Origin: Synechococcus sp.
GTDB lineage: Bacteria; Cyanobacteriota; Cyanobacteriia; PCC-6307; Cyanobiaceae
NCBI GenBank assembly: GCA_047285535.1
Contig: JBJBDC010000001.1
Span: forward strand, 1,440,136-1,504,135
Length of the DNA stretch: 64,000 nucleotides
Direction of reading: 5' to 3'
The notes below the pieces were generated by a model. That model had not been told where the DNA came from. It saw only the letters and a program-made list of their open reading frames with translations, and did no database searches. This document shows, in pieces, positions 43,464-53,526 of the stretch. Each line of letters begins with the position of its first letter. Position 1 is the first letter of the stretch. The translations under genes were made by a program, and so were the position numbers.

Positions 43464-43877
43464 TTAATTCGTTGGCTTGTCCGCTGCGTCAGGAGACGAA
43501 GGTGAATGATTCGAAGGAACCATTGATTTTGGCTGACGGCTGTACCACCACTCCTGCAACTCTGGCGTCAATCGCATCGAAAAGAGTGTCAGCAAAGTCG
43601 AAGTTGGACGAGAACCAGGCTGGAGCAGCTCAACGGAATAGGAAGGACAGCGCCTGGACGCCAGATCTGCCACAAAACGACGACCAATTCGGCGCCAACT
43701 CGGCTCCTTGCTACGCCAAGCCAAACGACAACAAGGCCAAGGCAACTCCTCACGGTCAAACAAACGGCAACAAGGACCTATCACCCGAAAGCTGTACTGC
43801 CCTCCTGGACTGGCATGCACCGTGCCATGCCCAAGCAATGCTTGAACATCAGACCGAAGCGCAGGAACAGGTGTCAA
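43464..43877 (-). CDS. Hypothetical protein downstream of petF
   Basis: GPCCRLFDREELPWPCCRL.W..KEPSW; recalled as a picocyanobacterial petF neighbour. Confidence 0.7.
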   Translation of the reverse strand: MTPVPALRSDVQALLGHGTVHASPGGQYSFRVIGPCCRLFDREELPWPCCRLAWRSKEPSWRRIGRRFVADLASRRCPSYSVELLQPGSRPTSTLLTLFSMRLTPELQEWWYSRQPKSMVPSNHSPSSPDAADKPTN

Positions 43878-43912
43878 AGCGATGGTCGAAAACTTAAAAC
43901 TGCATTCACATT

Positions 43913-43936
43913 AAAAAGCCACCCCTAGGGGTGGCT
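43913..43936 (-). terminator. Intrinsic terminator after petF
   Basis: Minus strand reads AGCCACCCCTAGGGGTGGCTTTTT. Confidence 0.85.
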
Positions 43937-43980
43937 GGAAAGATCTCTCATGAGACGTCTTCAGATGAAGACGGAAGGGC

Positions 43981-44280
43981 TCAATACAGCTCTTCTTCAG
44001 CGTGGGTTTTGATGGTGCAATCTGAAGTGGGGTAGGCCACACAAGTCAAAACGAAACCAGCTTCGATCTGGTCGTCGTCCAGGAAGCTCTGATCAGACTG
44101 ATCAACAGTGCCGGCAGTGAGTTTGCCTGCACAAGTGGAGCAGGCTCCTGCACGGCAGGAATAGGGCAAATCAATGCCCTGCTCTTCAGCAGCATCGAGG
44201 ATGTACTGATCGTCAGGAACTTCGATGGTCTTGTTGAGGCCTTCGCTCTCGCTGACCAGGGTGACCTTATAAGAAGCCAT
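43981..44280 (-). CDS. petF: Ferredoxin [2Fe-2S]
   Basis: [13 protein letters not shown]...LTCVAYP. Confidence 0.98.
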   Translation of the reverse strand: MASYKVTLVSESEGLNKTIEVPDDQYILDAAEEQGIDLPYSCRAGACSTCAGKLTAGTVDQSDQSFLDDDQIEAGFVLTCVAYPTSDCTIKTHAEEELY

Positions 44281-44422
44281 GGATGGATGTAATGCGCAGA
44301 GATCGGGGTTGATCTGAATCTGCTGGACCGGATACTTCTACATCGGACAGACGCCGTGATACAGGATTCATCAGGGTTTTCTGTCCAAGCCCAATCTAAG
44401 ACGAGGCATTGATAAGCAGGAC

Positions 44423-45319
44423 TTATCGATGAAGGTGTTTGATTTCTAGGAGGCCCCAGCGTCCTTGCTGAGCAATTGGCCTTGCCTGCCAACCAGATTC
44501 AGCCAAAACCTGAATGAGCCGAGGAGCCTGATCAACCAAAAGGCCGCTAAGAAGACCGCGGCCCGTTAACTTCAAGACAGACTCAAATTGTGGAGCCAAG
44601 GCTTCGATCACCGGAGCAAGGATGTTGCACAGAAGCAAATCCGCCGCGACTCCTTGCAACAAAACCTGAAGTGTATCGATAGATCCATGACCAACAGTGA
44701 GTTGCGCGGCCTGGTGTCCATTGAGCAACAAGTTATCCGTCGTTGCTCGAACCGCAAGAGAGTCGGTGTCTGCAGCAACCACCTCTTGAGCTCCTAGGGC
44801 CAATGCTGCCAATCCCAAAACTCCGCTACCACAACCCAGATCGGCCACTCTCTGATTAAGCGGTGTCTTGGCCTCAAGAGCCTCAAGGCAAAGACGGGTC
44901 GTTGGATGACTACCTGTACCAAAAGCGCTGCCAGGATCCATCTTCACGACCAGGCGGGATTGGTGCTCATCGGGAACATCCAGCCAGGCCGGGAGGATCA
45001 ACAAATGCTTGCCAACAGGATCCGGTTGCCAGTGTTTTTTCCAGCTATGACTCCAATCCTGGTCTTCCAATTGCTCCCAAAGTGGCTGTGCCAACTCAAG
45101 CCCGAATGTCTCAGCCATCGGGCGAAGGCTATTCAGCAACTGATGACGCTGATCTTGAGGCCACTCGGAAGACGGGAGCCAAGCGAGCAAAGTGAGCTGA
45201 TCAGGGGATTCCGGGGCATGTTGCACAGCCACTCGATGCAGCCCTAAGGACTTCAGCTTCCAGAGGAGAGATTCCTCAAGCACAGGATGCAGAGGAAGGG
45301 ATAAGCGCCACCACATCAC
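44423..45319 (-). CDS. prmA: Ribosomal protein L11 methyltransferase
   Basis: DPGSAFGTGSHPTT, DLGCGSG, CNILA. Confidence 0.95.
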   Translation of the reverse strand: MMWWRLSLPLHPVLEESLLWKLKSLGLHRVAVQHAPESPDQLTLLAWLPSSEWPQDQRHQLLNSLRPMAETFGLELAQPLWEQLEDQDWSHSWKKHWQPDPVGKHLLILPAWLDVPDEHQSRLVVKMDPGSAFGTGSHPTTRLCLEALEAKTPLNQRVADLGCGSGVLGLAALALGAQEVVAADTDSLAVRATTDNLLLNGHQAAQLTVGHGSIDTLQVLLQGVAADLLLCNILAPVIEALAPQFESVLKLTGRGLLSGLLVDQAPRLIQVLAESGWQARPIAQQGRWGLLEIKHLHR

Positions 45320-46902
45320 AGCGTGACGGGATGAGCTTGCTGGATGCCATTGATGTTGTGGATGGTGGCCAACAAAGCGGGCGGGATCGGATCATCAATA
45401 CTGAGAACCATCACCGCATCACCACGCACGATGCGGCGCCCCACCTGCATCGAAGCGATATTGACGTTGTGCTCTCCGAGTAGCGAGCCCAGATGTCCAA
45501 TGATGCCTGGCATGTCTCGGTGCCTCGTAAACAGCATGTGGCGACTGGGAGGAACATTCAGAGGAAATTCATCAATACTCGTGACGCGCAAATCACCATC
45601 TGCGAAGACCGCACCAGTCACGCTGTGTCCTCCCTGACCACCGCGGGTGGTGAGCTGCAGCGACCCACCGGCAAAATCGCGACTGGCATCGTCCTTGACC
45701 TCAAGCACGTGAATGCCACGGCCCTTAGCCTCCAAGGATGCATTCACGTAGTTGATTCGATCCCCAAGCGCGCTGCTCAGCATGCCCTTCAGAGCAGCTA
45801 CAACAAGCGGTTGAGACGGATGGCTGGCGAATTCACCTTGCAGACGCACCTCCAATTCCTGAATCTGCCCGCCATTAAGTTGACTCACCAGTAAGCCAAG
45901 AGTTTCCGCCAGCTGAAGATGAGGCTTTAGTTGCTCCATGATCTCGGCACTGAGCCCGGGAATATTGACAGCGCTACGGGCTGGCAGCCCCAGCAAAACA
46001 TCACGAATTTGTTCGGCAACATCGACCGCCACATTTTCCTGAGCCTCTTCCGTAGAAGCTCCAAGGTGAGGAGTCAGCACGAGCCCTCGTTCCACAGCTC
46101 GCAAAGGAGAATCTTTAGCCAAAGGCTCAGATGCAAACACATCCAGTCCGGCTCCAGCGATCACACCGGACTCAATCGCTTCAGCGATCGCCGACTCATC
46201 AATGATTCCGCCCCGGGCACAATTGACAATCCGTGCTGTGCTCTTCATCGTCCGAAGCAACTCTGCATTCACCAGATTTTCTGTGTCAGGTGTTCTTGGA
46301 ATGTGAAGGGTGATGTAATCAGCCTGCTGAAACAGTGCTTCAAGAGTGGTCAATCGAACCTGCATCTGCTGTGCACGCTCTGAAGAGATAAAAGGATCAA
46401 ACGCGATCACTTCCATTCCCATCGCTTTTGCCACGCGAGCAACGTGAGAACCGATTTTGCCCAAGCCCACCACGCCAAGAATTTTTTTATAAAGCTCATT
46501 GCCCACATATTTTTTGCGATCCCACGCTCCAGACCGCATCGAACCATGGGCTTGCGGAACATGGCGAGACACGGAAAGCAACATCGCAAGCGCATGCTCC
46601 GCAGCTGCGATGGTGTTGCCTTCGGGTGAATTGACCACCAACACCCCGCGTTGTGTAGCGGCAGGTACATCGACGTTGTCAACACCTACACCGGCACGCC
46701 CGATGATGCGCAAACGATCAGCAGCCTCAATGACATCGGCTGTGACCTGGGTCCCGGATCGAATCATCAGTGCTTCGTAATCACCGATAATCGATTTGAG
46801 CTCTTCCGGCGCAAGTCCCGTGCGGTAATCAACCTGAGCAACTTGGCCAAGGATGTCGAGCCCCGCCTGGTCAATGGGGTCTGAAACGAGAACTTTTGTC
46901 AT
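45316..46902 (-). CDS. serA: D-3-phosphoglycerate dehydrogenase
   Basis: GRAGVGVDNVD, GLGKIG, NCARG, TPHLGAST, C-terminal ACT domain. Confidence 0.97.
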   Translation of the reverse strand: MTKVLVSDPIDQAGLDILGQVAQVDYRTGLAPEELKSIIGDYEALMIRSGTQVTADVIEAADRLRIIGRAGVGVDNVDVPAATQRGVLVVNSPEGNTIAAAEHALAMLLSVSRHVPQAHGSMRSGAWDRKKYVGNELYKKILGVVGLGKIGSHVARVAKAMGMEVIAFDPFISSERAQQMQVRLTTLEALFQQADYITLHIPRTPDTENLVNAELLRTMKSTARIVNCARGGIIDESAIAEAIESGVIAGAGLDVFASEPLAKDSPLRAVERGLVLTPHLGASTEEAQENVAVDVAEQIRDVLLGLPARSAVNIPGLSAEIMEQLKPHLQLAETLGLLVSQLNGGQIQELEVRLQGEFASHPSQPLVVAALKGMLSSALGDRINYVNASLEAKGRGIHVLEVKDDASRDFAGGSLQLTTRGGQGGHSVTGAVFADGDLRVTSIDEFPLNVPPSRHMLFTRHRDMPGIIGHLGSLLGEHNVNIASMQVGRRIVRGDAVMVLSIDDPIPPALLATIHNINGIQQAHPVTL

Positions 46903-47033
46903 CCAGCGGCGGAAGAGAGCCACCTCTGACTGTAGAGATCAGCCTGCAGATTCTCTTTTCACTGTCTGCCAGCCCGAACAGATTCAAAAGACACAGTTGC
47001 AGGAGACAATGAGAGCTCGGCTGCTGCTTTTTC

Positions 47034-47591
47034 ATGCCTGTTTGCGTTCTGGTTCTCAATGAGCGCACGAGTGCCGACCGTCTTCGCCTGTCGCTTCAGG
47101 AACTCGGCACGCCATTGCTGAGAGTGGCCCTGGTAGCACCCTCCCCAGATCAAAGGACTGGATCACAGCACGATGAGGTCCCTTCGTCTTCTGATCTCCC
47201 AGCTGAAGCATTAGACGAAGTCGAACTACTGAATCCCAATTTGACTCGTCGTCGGCGTCAGAAATCAATGGCGCGCTGGTTGATGCCCTTCGGTTTTTTC
47301 GCCGGAATTACTTTTACCCAAATCACTACTCTTGAGACATTTGCACGCTTTGGTCCCTGGGGTGCTGCATTCATGGGTGGCCTACTGGGCATGGGATCAG
47401 GCCTCATGGGCAGCTATGCCGCCGCAGCGAGCGTCCCCTCAGAGAATGAGGATGGAGTCAGGATCCTTCGAAATCGTCATCTAGATGGCTACTGGCTACT
47501 TCTCCTGGAGACCAGGCCAGGGATCGAACTGCCGTGGCAAACCGTCCAAAAGGCACAACCCCAGCAAGTCGTTCGCCTTAGCGAACTATGA
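47034..47591 (+). CDS. Hypothetical membrane protein
   Basis: WLMPFGF.AG and Gly-rich TM pair; overlaps the next gene. Confidence 0.75.
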   Translation: MPVCVLVLNERTSADRLRLSLQELGTPLLRVALVAPSPDQRTGSQHDEVPSSSDLPAEALDEVELLNPNLTRRRRQKSMARWLMPFGFFAGITFTQITTLETFARFGPWGAAFMGGLLGMGSGLMGSYAAAASVPSENEDGVRILRNRHLDGYWLLLLETRPGIELPWQTVQKAQPQQVVRLSEL

Positions 47592-48370
47592 GTCTCCCTC
47601 GCGACGATCTCCTGCGGTTATGCAGGAATCGCACAACCATGGCCGCGTTGATTGACATCGCAGAAGACGTTCTGCGCACCTGGCAACCGCAATGGAGCCC
47701 CTTCTTAGACGCGTTAATGCTTGAGGAGGTCAGCCACCTCGACACACTGGCAGAACTGCAGATCAGCCGTTATGGCGGTTATTTAGGAGCAGAACGGAAG
47801 CGGTTACTCATCCAACATGCAGAATCAACAACACAAGAACAGCTCCCATGCCCTCTGGCAGGTCTCAACGTGGAGGGGAACTTCCTCTTTGACCCCACCA
47901 CTCCAGATGAAATTCGTCAGGCATTAGAAGACATTGGCGTTGCTGGCGAGAGTCTCGGTGATATTTGGATCCGTGGGGACAGAGGTGCTCAGGCTATTGG
48001 CACACCAGAGGCGGTGAACCTGCTGCAAGGACGACGAGCCAATCTTCGCGATGTTGTCATCGTCTGCGAATCCTTGCCACTCGAGGATCTTCAATGGCCT
48101 GTTCAAAGAGCCACTCGACGTTTCAGCAGCGTAGAAGCCTCCTGCAGACTTGACGCTATCGCCTCTGCAGGCTTTGGGATGTCTCGATCGAAAGTTGTCA
48201 AACAAATCAAAGAAGGACGTTTAAGGCTTAATTGGGAGCCAGTTCGGCACGCAAGTCGAGATTTAAAAGTTGGAGATCGCCTGCAACTTCAAGAAAGAGG
48301 CAGCATTGAAGTCATGAACATCGAACGCACGAAACGAGAACGATGGCGCGTCGACATCCTCCGGAATTAA
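47588..48370 (+). CDS. Photosystem II S4-domain protein (YlmH/Sll1252 family)
   Basis: GGY.GAERKR, LGDIW, SCRLDAIASAGFGMSRSK S4 domain. Confidence 0.9.
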   Translation: MSLPRDDLLRLCRNRTTMAALIDIAEDVLRTWQPQWSPFLDALMLEEVSHLDTLAELQISRYGGYLGAERKRLLIQHAESTTQEQLPCPLAGLNVEGNFLFDPTTPDEIRQALEDIGVAGESLGDIWIRGDRGAQAIGTPEAVNLLQGRRANLRDVVIVCESLPLEDLQWPVQRATRRFSSVEASCRLDAIASAGFGMSRSKVVKQIKEGRLRLNWEPVRHASRDLKVGDRLQLQERGSIEVMNIERTKRERWRVDILRN

Positions 48371-48467
48371 GAAAGCTGAGTTGGATAGGCACGTCAACTG
48401 CTAACTTCAGGCACTGGTTGATGCAAGTGCAACAACCACTCATCTCACAAGACAAATTTGAGAGTTG

Positions 48468-48539
<72 letters not shown>

Positions 48540-48566
48540 CTTCCCTTTAGGGACAGGAGTAGGCCA

Positions 48567-49949
48567 ATGGCAAGGAGCTTGATCGTGGGGCTTGGACGCT
48601 CCGGGATCGGAGCAGCGCGCCTCCTTCATGCCCAAGGCCATCACGTTGTTGTGATTGAGAGCGATGCTGGTCCCGAACAACAAGCGAAAGCGCAACAACT
48701 GAGAGCTCAGGGCATCCAGATTGAACTGGGATGTCCCCTCCAGCTATCTAGCTTTACGCAATGGATTGATCAGATTGAGCAAGTCGTGATCAGCCCAGGA
48801 ATTCCTTGGGACCATCCCACTTTGATGCGACTGCGGGATCAAGGGGTGACCGTGAAGGGAGAAATGGCGGTGGCATGGCAAGCCCTGCAAGATTCTCCTT
48901 GGATTGGAATCACCGGAACGAATGGAAAAACGACCGTGACGCATCTTTTACATCACGTTCTCAATCAAGCTGGGTTGCATGCGCCAATGGCCGGGAACGT
49001 TGGACATTCAGCTGCCGAATTAGCACTGCAATGCATGGATCAATCGCAAACCAAACCTGATTGGATTGTGATGGAGATGAGTAGTTACCAAATCGAATCA
49101 GCCAATGAGATATCACCACAAATCGGGATTTGGACAACGCTGACCCCCGACCATCTGGATCGACACGGTTCAATCACTGCCTACAGAGCCATCAAGCAAG
49201 GACTTCTTGAACGCTCTAAGTATGCAGTTCTCAATGCCGACGATGCTTATCTTCAAAGCAGGAGGGCGCATTGGCCAAAGGCTCAATGGGTCAGCGCAGC
49301 CCCTACCAAGAGTGAGCCATCAGGCCTTGAGCTGTGGATTAATCAAGCTGGTCAAGTGTGTAGGAAAAACGGTCCACTCTTCCCAGCGAACGCACTCTCT
49401 ATGCAAGGAGATCACAATCGTCAAAACCTGCTGATGGTTACTGCAGCAGCATTGCAAGCCGGAGTAGATCCTTGCGCGATCGAACGTGGGTTTCGCAGTT
49501 TTCCAGGAGTGCCCCATCGTCTAGAAGGCCTGGGAACACTTCATGGCATGAGTGTGTTTAATGACAGCAAAGCCACGAATTACGACGCGGCTGCCGTTGC
49601 GCTTCAAGCCGTGCCTGCTCCAATTGTGCTGCTTGCCGGTGGACTCTCCAAACAAGGGGATGCCAGTGGTTGGCTTCAGCTCGTGCAAGATCGAGTTTGC
49701 ACCATTGCACTGTTCGGAAGTGATCGAGACATCTTGCTGAACATGATTCAAGACTTCGGGTACACAGGGACAGTGACATCCCACCAAAAAATGGAGGATG
49801 CCTTGACTGCAGCCATCGAATTCGGACTCAATCACAAGGCATCCTCGCTGCTGCTATCGCCCGCCTGCGCCAGCTTCGATCAATACAAAGATTTCGAAGC
49901 CAGAGGCGATCATTTCAAGGGAATGATTAAGCAATACTCCCAAGATTGA
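48567..49949 (+). CDS. murD: UDP-MurNAc-L-Ala-D-Glu ligase
   Basis: GLGRSG, SPGIP, ITGTNGKTT, EMSSYQ, NDSKATN, SPACASFDQY. Confidence 0.97.
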   Translation: MARSLIVGLGRSGIGAARLLHAQGHHVVVIESDAGPEQQAKAQQLRAQGIQIELGCPLQLSSFTQWIDQIEQVVISPGIPWDHPTLMRLRDQGVTVKGEMAVAWQALQDSPWIGITGTNGKTTVTHLLHHVLNQAGLHAPMAGNVGHSAAELALQCMDQSQTKPDWIVMEMSSYQIESANEISPQIGIWTTLTPDHLDRHGSITAYRAIKQGLLERSKYAVLNADDAYLQSRRAHWPKAQWVSAAPTKSEPSGLELWINQAGQVCRKNGPLFPANALSMQGDHNRQNLLMVTAAALQAGVDPCAIERGFRSFPGVPHRLEGLGTLHGMSVFNDSKATNYDAAAVALQAVPAPIVLLAGGLSKQGDASGWLQLVQDRVCTIALFGSDRDILLNMIQDFGYTGTVTSHQKMEDALTAAIEFGLNHKASSLLLSPACASFDQYKDFEARGDHFKGMIKQYSQD

Positions 49950-50138
49950 TCAACTGATCAAAGCTGATGCATGCCACGCTATTGATGATCAGATCAGGAT
50001 CAAAAACACCAATCATCCCTTTAAATTCACCAGCAGGCGCAAAACTTCAACTGCAATCTCTGCCCTTATGAATTCGCAACCCTTGAGGCATCCAAGGAAC
50101 ACAAGTGCAGGAGAATCAAAACCTCCTAGAACAGTTTA

Positions 50139-50357
50139 ATGAAAGCGTCTAAACTACTGCTCTGTTTAACCATTTTTCTGTTAATAGCCTCCTGCGAATC
50201 CAAGGGGTCAAGAGATAAAAAGATTTGCGCTCTTTACGAAGAGGACAAGATTGATGCCGTCAAAGCACTAGACTCCCTAGGCCTTAAGCCGAATGAGAAT
50301 GGCGGAAGATTTAAACCAGTGGAGCTTTTCTGCGGCAAATTCAAAGTAACCAATTAA
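50139..50357 (+). CDS. Small putative lipoprotein
   Basis: Signal with LIASC lipobox and two further Cys. Confidence 0.7.
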   Translation: MKASKLLLCLTIFLLIASCESKGSRDKKICALYEEDKIDAVKALDSLGLKPNENGGRFKPVELFCGKFKVTN

Positions 50358-50781
50358 AGCAGAAAAACAGCAGGCACCAAACAGTCATTAACGCTGCAGA
50401 GCAAGCAAACAACAACTTCATTACTTTAACCAAGAGGAGGAGACACTTCTTCCCAGAACGAGAAAATCAATCCAACACGCACTCTTCTCTACAACAACAA
50501 GAAAGTCAAGCCAAAGCAATAACAGAACCACAATAATCAAAGAGCCTAAACGAGGTCTTGGCTATGAATGGACCTGAAGCATCAGCCTCTTAGCCGGTAC
50601 CTAGCAGCCATTTTTATTATAAAATTTGTTCCAGCACAGGGAGGACGTTGCCCTTGCAAAATTCACGCCAATACACTTTAGCCAAGCAGAATGTACATTA
50701 AGAAATTTTACCAGGACGGCAATTCTCAAACAATCCAATCACCGTGCTATAGCAAACACTTTACCACTTGCGCCTCTTGAC

Positions 50782-51252
50782 ATGAGTAACTCCTCATATT
50801 GGCTAATGAAAAGTGAACCCAATGTGTACGGTATTGAGCACCTAAAAGAAGAAAAGACTACTTTATGGGACGGCATCAGGAATTACCAGGCTCGCAACTT
50901 TATGCGCAGGATGAAGATCGGAGATCAAGCATTTTTTTATCATTCCAATTGCAAACCTCCCGGCATTGTTGGACTGATGGAGGTCACAGAAATTGGCCTT
51001 GTCGATCCTACACAGTTCGATTCTAGTTCTAAATATCACGACCCCGCCTCCAAAAAAGATTCTCCTCGCTGGGATTGTGTACGGCTTGTCTATTGCGGAC
51101 AATTTGAAAATATGCTGTCGCTTAATCAGCTACGAGAATTCTACGACGTCGATAAACTTGCCGTCATTCGCAGAGGAAATCGGCTGTCCATACTTCCGGT
51201 TGACACAGACATCGCGATGGATTTACTAAAGAGACTTGGACCGCTTAAATGA
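50782..51252 (+). CDS. EVE domain protein
   Basis: YWLMKSEP, WDGIRNYQARNFMR, FFYHS, RLSI. Confidence 0.93.
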   Translation: MSNSSYWLMKSEPNVYGIEHLKEEKTTLWDGIRNYQARNFMRRMKIGDQAFFYHSNCKPPGIVGLMEVTEIGLVDPTQFDSSSKYHDPASKKDSPRWDCVRLVYCGQFENMLSLNQLREFYDVDKLAVIRRGNRLSILPVDTDIAMDLLKRLGPLK

Positions 51253-52006
51253 TCCGGTCGCAAGGATTCCTGCCGAGCGACTTCCTCTCACGACGATTAT
51301 TCCAAGAGCCTGGATTGGCTTTAGCACAGCTCCATGGTCATTCATTGGGCTCACAGCCCTGATACTGATCAGCCTGATGGGCCTAGGCGTGATGGCACGA
51401 GATCTGCAACTCAGCAACAATGCTCTTCTACAGCGTGCTGGCGATGTTGTGCTGGTGATGGCTTTTATCGTTCCTCTGTCTCCTCTATTGGCTCTTCTAC
51501 AACTGGCCGATGAAAGTCTTCCAGGAGGAGTCAACAGTGATCCCCAAGGACCTAATAAAAGACGCCGATTTCACTGGCTGCTTAAACAAACTTTTGGACT
51601 ATTGATTTTAGAAGGCCTCATCGCTATAGGAGCAATCAGCACTATTCATCTTTTGAGTCAATTGTTAGCACCTCACAGCGGTGTACTGGCCAGCATGGTT
51701 GTTGTATTGGGTGGTATAGGGATTGCTATTTGGTTAATTGGCCAGGTTCTCGCTATTCCGCTGCTCATTCACCATGGTCATCGTCCCCTCCGGGCGATGG
51801 AGCACAGCCGAAAACTAGTTCAAAGGAATCGCCTCAAAGTACTGGCTCTAATGGGACTTCTTCTGGGCATTAATTTAATCGGCCTCATGGCTGCAAGTCT
51901 TGGACTTCTCCTCAGCCTTCCCTACAGCGCCCTTTTAGTGATGGCAAGCTGCCGGACTCAAACACCATGGCCTAGGGAGTCTCGTCGAAACATTTCACCG
52001 ACATAA
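51236..52006 (+). CDS. Hypothetical integral membrane protein
   Basis: Multiple TM segments; start uncertain. Confidence 0.75.
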   Translation: MDRLNDPVARIPAERLPLTTIIPRAWIGFSTAPWSFIGLTALILISLMGLGVMARDLQLSNNALLQRAGDVVLVMAFIVPLSPLLALLQLADESLPGGVNSDPQGPNKRRRFHWLLKQTFGLLILEGLIAIGAISTIHLLSQLLAPHSGVLASMVVVLGGIGIAIWLIGQVLAIPLLIHHGHRPLRAMEHSRKLVQRNRLKVLALMGLLLGINLIGLMAASLGLLLSLPYSALLVMASCRTQTPWPRESRRNISPT

Positions 52007-52257
52007 AGGCGGGTCAGTTCTCGAGATTCGACACCATTCTGAACGAGAAATCCAGCTAGAGCAGCCTGAACCAGTCTGTACTGATCCCAATTCGGACAAC
52101 GCTCGATAAATGCCGACATGGCCTGATGCAAAGGCAAAGGCAAATTGGTGTGAAAACTAACGATGTCGCCTGACAGAACTGATTCCAAAGGAGTTTCGTG
52201 TGGACCCAGTGCTGAGGAAGGAACGCCCACCTCTGCTTCTAGCTGACCTTGAACCAC
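51958..52257 (-). CDS. DUF2811-like protein
   Basis: FIERCPNWDQYRLVQAALAGFLVQNG; start uncertain. Confidence 0.8.
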   Translation of the reverse strand: MVQGQLEAEVGVPSSALGPHETPLESVLSGDIVSFHTNLPLPLHQAMSAFIERCPNWDQYRLVQAALAGFLVQNGVESRELTRLYVGEMFRRDSLGHGV

Positions 52258-52261
52258 ACTG

Positions 52262-52550
52262 TTCTCCGCATTTGCTCGGCATGAATATATGCCTAGTTAT
52301 CCACAAGCACAACCGCCCAACAGAAAGCAAGAACCAATCCAATCTCAACAATTCCCACCATGAGATTGAGACTGTCAGGCCTGTTCAGGACTGGAACGGC
52401 TCAACAAACACGGTTGAAGCCAACTCCGCAAGAGCGACGACAGAACAAATTTAAATTCAACACTTTTCCACAGACTGAAGCCCTTAGCCAGCAAACAGCA
52501 ACCCAGCCTGTGGAAAAGCTGTGAACAGCCACCCTTCGGAAGGTGGAGAA
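52262..52550. promoter_or_regulatory. DnaA-box cluster
   Basis: TTATCCACA 52297, TTTTCCACA 52464, TGTGGAAAA 52509, plus 2-mismatch boxes at 52262, 52520 and 52542. Confidence 0.75.
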
Positions 52551-52590
52551 ATCAATAAAACCTGATCCATCAGAAGAAATAATCAAAATA

Positions 52591-52959
52591 TCAATCCCAC
52601 ACAGTTCTCAAAGCAGCCAGGAAAGCCTGAGCGGCAGGAGCAGGCCAGGCGCACTCCAGACCTCGCCGCTGCTCTCCAATTCCTTGAAGAATTACCTGCA
52701 GGGACCAGCGATCTCGGGTGCCATCAAGACAGCCCCACCACTCATGGTGTTGCAACTCCAAACGGATGGATTCTTCTGACATCAACTGAACTCGAATCAG
52801 CTTGAGTTGATGCTCGAGCTCCACGAGAAGGCTATACAACTCCTTGACTTCCACCTCTGTGAGCTCGACAGCCCATTGCTCCCCTCCAATGAGAAAGGGG
52901 AAACCCTTACGGCTTAAATCGTAGGCGAGCCTCCAGCCTGGACCCTCCTGTTGGATCAT
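52591..52959 (-). CDS. DUF1818-like protein
   Basis: [19 protein letters not shown]; overlaps the rpoZ stop. Confidence 0.8.
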   Translation of the reverse strand: MIQQEGPGWRLAYDLSRKGFPFLIGGEQWAVELTEVEVKELYSLLVELEHQLKLIRVQLMSEESIRLELQHHEWWGCLDGTRDRWSLQVILQGIGEQRRGLECAWPAPAAQAFLAALRTVWD

Positions 52960-53183
52960 CCAGGCAAGAGATCAGGCTGATCCTGCTCATCGGAGAGCTC
53001 AACAATTGCACGATGAACAGGTTTGACACTCGATTCTTCAAGCAGCCCATCAAAATCATCGAATCGACGTTGCTTGGCGCGAAAAGCAATCTTGACGGTC
53101 GTCAAATAACGATTGGTGGACTGGCGAATCAGGCTTTCGCCTCGTTTGGCAAGGTCTCTTGAGTCCACACCTGCAGAAATCAT
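52956..53183 (-). CDS. rpoZ: RNA polymerase omega subunit (Ycf61)
   Basis: [27 protein letters not shown]. Confidence 0.93.
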   Translation of the reverse strand: MISAGVDSRDLAKRGESLIRQSTNRYLTTVKIAFRAKQRRFDDFDGLLEESSVKPVHRAIVELSDEQDQPDLLPG

Positions 53184-53209
53184 TTTGAATCACTCACTCA
53201 CTGTAGATC

Positions 53210-53506
53210 TTAAGTGAGTAGATCGCTCCGAAACGGAACTTGCATTGGATAAGCACGATGGGGACGACCCTGGACTCGCAAAACGATCTGACGGCCTAAG
53301 CCCATGGCAACGAGAGGACGTCTGAGATGACTCAGCAAACCACTCACTTCTTCAAGATGTTGGCTGTCAACACATTCAATGCGAATGCAGCCCCAACTTC
53401 GGGACATGCGGCAATCGCGCAGCGGTTCTAATTCAGCTTCTATATCTGGATCCTCTCTATAAAAAGAAAACACCAGGCGTCTCAACCGATCCATCAATGG
53501 CCCCAT
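53210..53506 (-). CDS. Hypothetical protein
   Basis: 98-aa ATG ORF directly upstream of rpoZ. Confidence 0.7.
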   Translation of the reverse strand: MGPLMDRLRRLVFSFYREDPDIEAELEPLRDCRMSRSWGCIRIECVDSQHLEEVSGLLSHLRRPLVAMGLGRQIVLRVQGRPHRAYPMQVPFRSDLLT

Positions 53507-53526
53507 AGTCTTTATCTCTTATCAAG

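Noticed and set aside
43445..43897. 150-aa plus-strand ORF
   Set aside because: Antisense to the more credible minus-strand gene at 43464-43877
52401..52586. 61-aa minus-strand ORF containing FSTG and CGK
   Set aside because: These peptides are translations of DnaA boxes; the region is better explained as non-coding
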